Of a stretch of DNA of 64,000 nucleotides, positions 62,350-64,000 are shown piece after piece. A program made the translations under genes and the position numbers. How positions within the stretch are numbered: position 1 is the stretch's first letter; each line of letters begins with the position of its first letter. The notes beneath the pieces are model-generated. The model saw nothing but the letters and a program-made list of their open reading frames with translations. It made no database searches and was not told the origin of the DNA. The stretch comes from Myxococcales bacterium (GTDB lineage Bacteria; Myxococcota_A; Polyangia; Polyangiales; Polyangiaceae): positions 141,630 through 205,629 of the forward strand of contig JAYTOU010000060.1 in assembly GCA_043747615.1 (NCBI GenBank). The letters are read 5' to 3'.

Positions 62350-64000
62350 GGAGCGTTCTGGAGGCAGTCCTGCGGGACGGGGTGGGCTTTGCAATAGGCG
62401 ATTCCGTCGGCCGTCGTTGGCGGGACGATCTCGAGAACGGCGCGCGTGCCCTGAGAGAGAAGCACCGGGCGAGGCTTCTGCGTGCAAGCGAGGACGCCCG
62501 GGAAATCCGGGAGATTGTCTGCGTAGCCCTCACCCGGCGCGCACGCTCCGGATTCGTTCGGCACCGTCCACGCTTGCCCTGTCGGGTAGACCAGGTTGAT
62601 GGCAAAGCGACCCGCGGGGAGGCATCCGAGGGCCACCTTGCGAACCAGCTTTCCTTCGGCCTTAAGCACGAGCGCCGTGTCGAAGAGATCTTTGTCGCCT
62701 GGCTCGTTCGGATCGGCGCTCGGGCCGGTGAGGTGCGGCGTCACGAGAACCCCGCCCGCGTCGGCGTGGCGCGGATCGAAACAGATCACCGAAGGACGAA
62801 GGAGAGCGGTCACGTGATCGACGCGCGAGTCAGGATCTCCCGGCTTGGTGGGTACGCCGTTGAGGATCATGTCGAGGAGACTGTCTGCGGCGTTGAGCGT
62901 GATTCCCTGGAGAATCACCACCGGAGCTGTCGCGCTCCCCTGGGCGTGCACGCTCTGCGGATCGAGCAGGTGATCGGGATCGTCGATGAGCTTCGAGAAG
63001 ATCGCGAGCGGGTAGAGCGCAGGCACGCCCTGGCCTTCCGGAATTTCGCCGCCGACGGCCCACACAGAGAGCCCGCCGCCCGCTTCGGGAAGAGGAGCAA
63101 ACGCTGCGGTCTGAAAATGAAACGGGTGAAGAGGGCTTGTCCCGTAGGTGATTTCGCTCGGCGCGGGTGCCGTTCCCGGAAGCGCCCAATTCAGACGAAC
63201 GAACGGGAACGACGCCTGAAAAAAATTCGCGTTGTCGGGCGACTTGATCTTGGGCGGCGCCTTGATCAGGTAGTCCTGCGTCATCGTCACCACCGGGGCG
63301 AAGTACGCATCGGCCAAAGGATTCTGAGGTGTCATCGCCGGGCCGGTCGCCGGTTTGTCCGATCCCGCAGGATAGAAGTACGGGCGGGTGAGCGGGAGCC
63401 GCGCGCCGAGGGCGATGGACACGTTGTCGGCCACGAAACCTTCAGGCGGGATGACGAACGCAGCCGAGGGATCAGTCGCCTTCACCCCCACCACCACCGG
63501 CAGGAAGATCGGGCTGTAGTTGATCTCGCCGAGGTGCTTCTGCGCGTCCCCGGTATCGATGTAGCCGCCGCCGATGTCTCCCCGCTCCGGGAGATTTCGG
63601 AACTTGAATGACGGCAAAAAGTTTCCGGTGAAGTCGTAGAACGACTGGATGATGTACTCGCCCGCATCGATCGGAGAAACCGCGAAGGGAGCGCTCACCG
63701 CAATGTGCTCAGTCGGATCTTTCGGGCAGACCTTCACTTCATTCGGAGAGCGCGGCTCGTTCCCGAAGAGCGTGTCGCCGGAGACGACTCCGAAGTTCAC
63801 GGGCAAGGTGGCAATGCCTCCCGGAGGGGGCGGATTGTTCCTCGCGAACACGAAGATGATCACGTTGCCGATGACGTGCCCGAACTGCGTGCACGGGCGC
63901 GGCCCCTGGTAGAGCACCGTCCCCCGGATCACTCCCTGGGGCGCGATGAGGCGCTGGTCGTCGAGCGGAACGGACTCGCACGCGCCGAGAGACGCGGCGA
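62346..64000 (-). CDS. Large Pro-rich hypothetical lipoprotein (start outside window)
   Basis: Frame is open to the window edge (AASLGACESVPLDDQ.., LGAC lipobox). GRFAINLVYPTGQAWTVPNE motif. Confidence 0.8.
   Translation of the reverse strand, partial: AASLGACESVPLDDQRLIAPQGVIRGTVLYQGPRPCTQFGHVIGNVIIFVFARNNPPPPGGIATLPVNFGVVSGDTLFGNEPRSPNEVKVCPKDPTEHIAVSAPFAVSPIDAGEYIIQSFYDFTGNFLPSFKFRNLPERGDIGGGYIDTGDAQKHLGEINYSPIFLPVVVGVKATDPSAAFVIPPEGFVADNVSIALGARLPLTRPYFYPAGSDKPATGPAMTPQNPLADAYFAPVVTMTQDYLIKAPPKIKSPDNANFFQASFPFVRLNWALPGTAPAPSEITYGTSPLHPFHFQTAAFAPLPEAGGGLSVWAVGGEIPEGQGVPALYPLAIFSKLIDDPDHLLDPQSVHAQGSATAPVVILQGITLNAADSLLDMILNGVPTKPGDPDSRVDHVTALLRPSVICFDPRHADAGGVLVTPHLTGPSADPNEPGDKDLFDTALVLKAEGKLVRKVALGCLPAGRFAINLVYPTGQAWTVPNESGACAPGEGYADNLPDFPGVLACTQKPRPVLLSQGTRAVLEIVPPTTADGIAYCKAHPVPQDCLQNAP

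Overview
GC-rich chromosomal window that looks myxobacterial (Polyangiaceae/Sorangiineae-like). This is inferred from a MYXO-CTERM protease, Cys-rich lipoproteins, a kinase-STAND fusion and a myxobacterial-type L3. Contents in order: a partial flavin-dependent halogenase-like gene; orphan rplS and rplC flanking a BCP peroxiredoxin; a TetR/metal-hydrolase pair with a visible operator; rlmE coupled to a 1312-aa Ser/Thr kinase-NTPase; and a ~22-kb Wzy-type exopolysaccharide locus (11.4-33.2 kb). That locus has several GT4s, GT2, GT-C, a priming transferase, a short OPX plus putative beta-barrel, PCP, a BY pseudokinase-like protein, an epimerase, a heparinase II/III-like lipoprotein, an uncharacterised His-rich enzyme and GH5. 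It is followed by small Zn-finger genes, an orphan histidine kinase, an atypical tRNA-Cys next to a shredded Cu-monooxygenase pseudogene, serS, an MhqR-like MarR-DoxX-pirin operon, prfB (programmed +1 frameshift)-lysS-lolC/E-lolD, folP-cdaA-cdaR divergent from a PgpH-like phosphodiesterase (a complete c-di-AMP module), an acyl-CoA dehydrogenase and ribF. Non-coding signals read directly from the DNA: four sigma54-type promoters that point at near-leaderless starts (two share a TGTCC-n-GGACA enhancer-like motif), several -10/leaderless starts, and two MITE/REP-like inverted-repeat elements. No CRISPR array, integrase, transposase or rRNA was seen. All family calls come from motif recognition by eye; no database searches were run.
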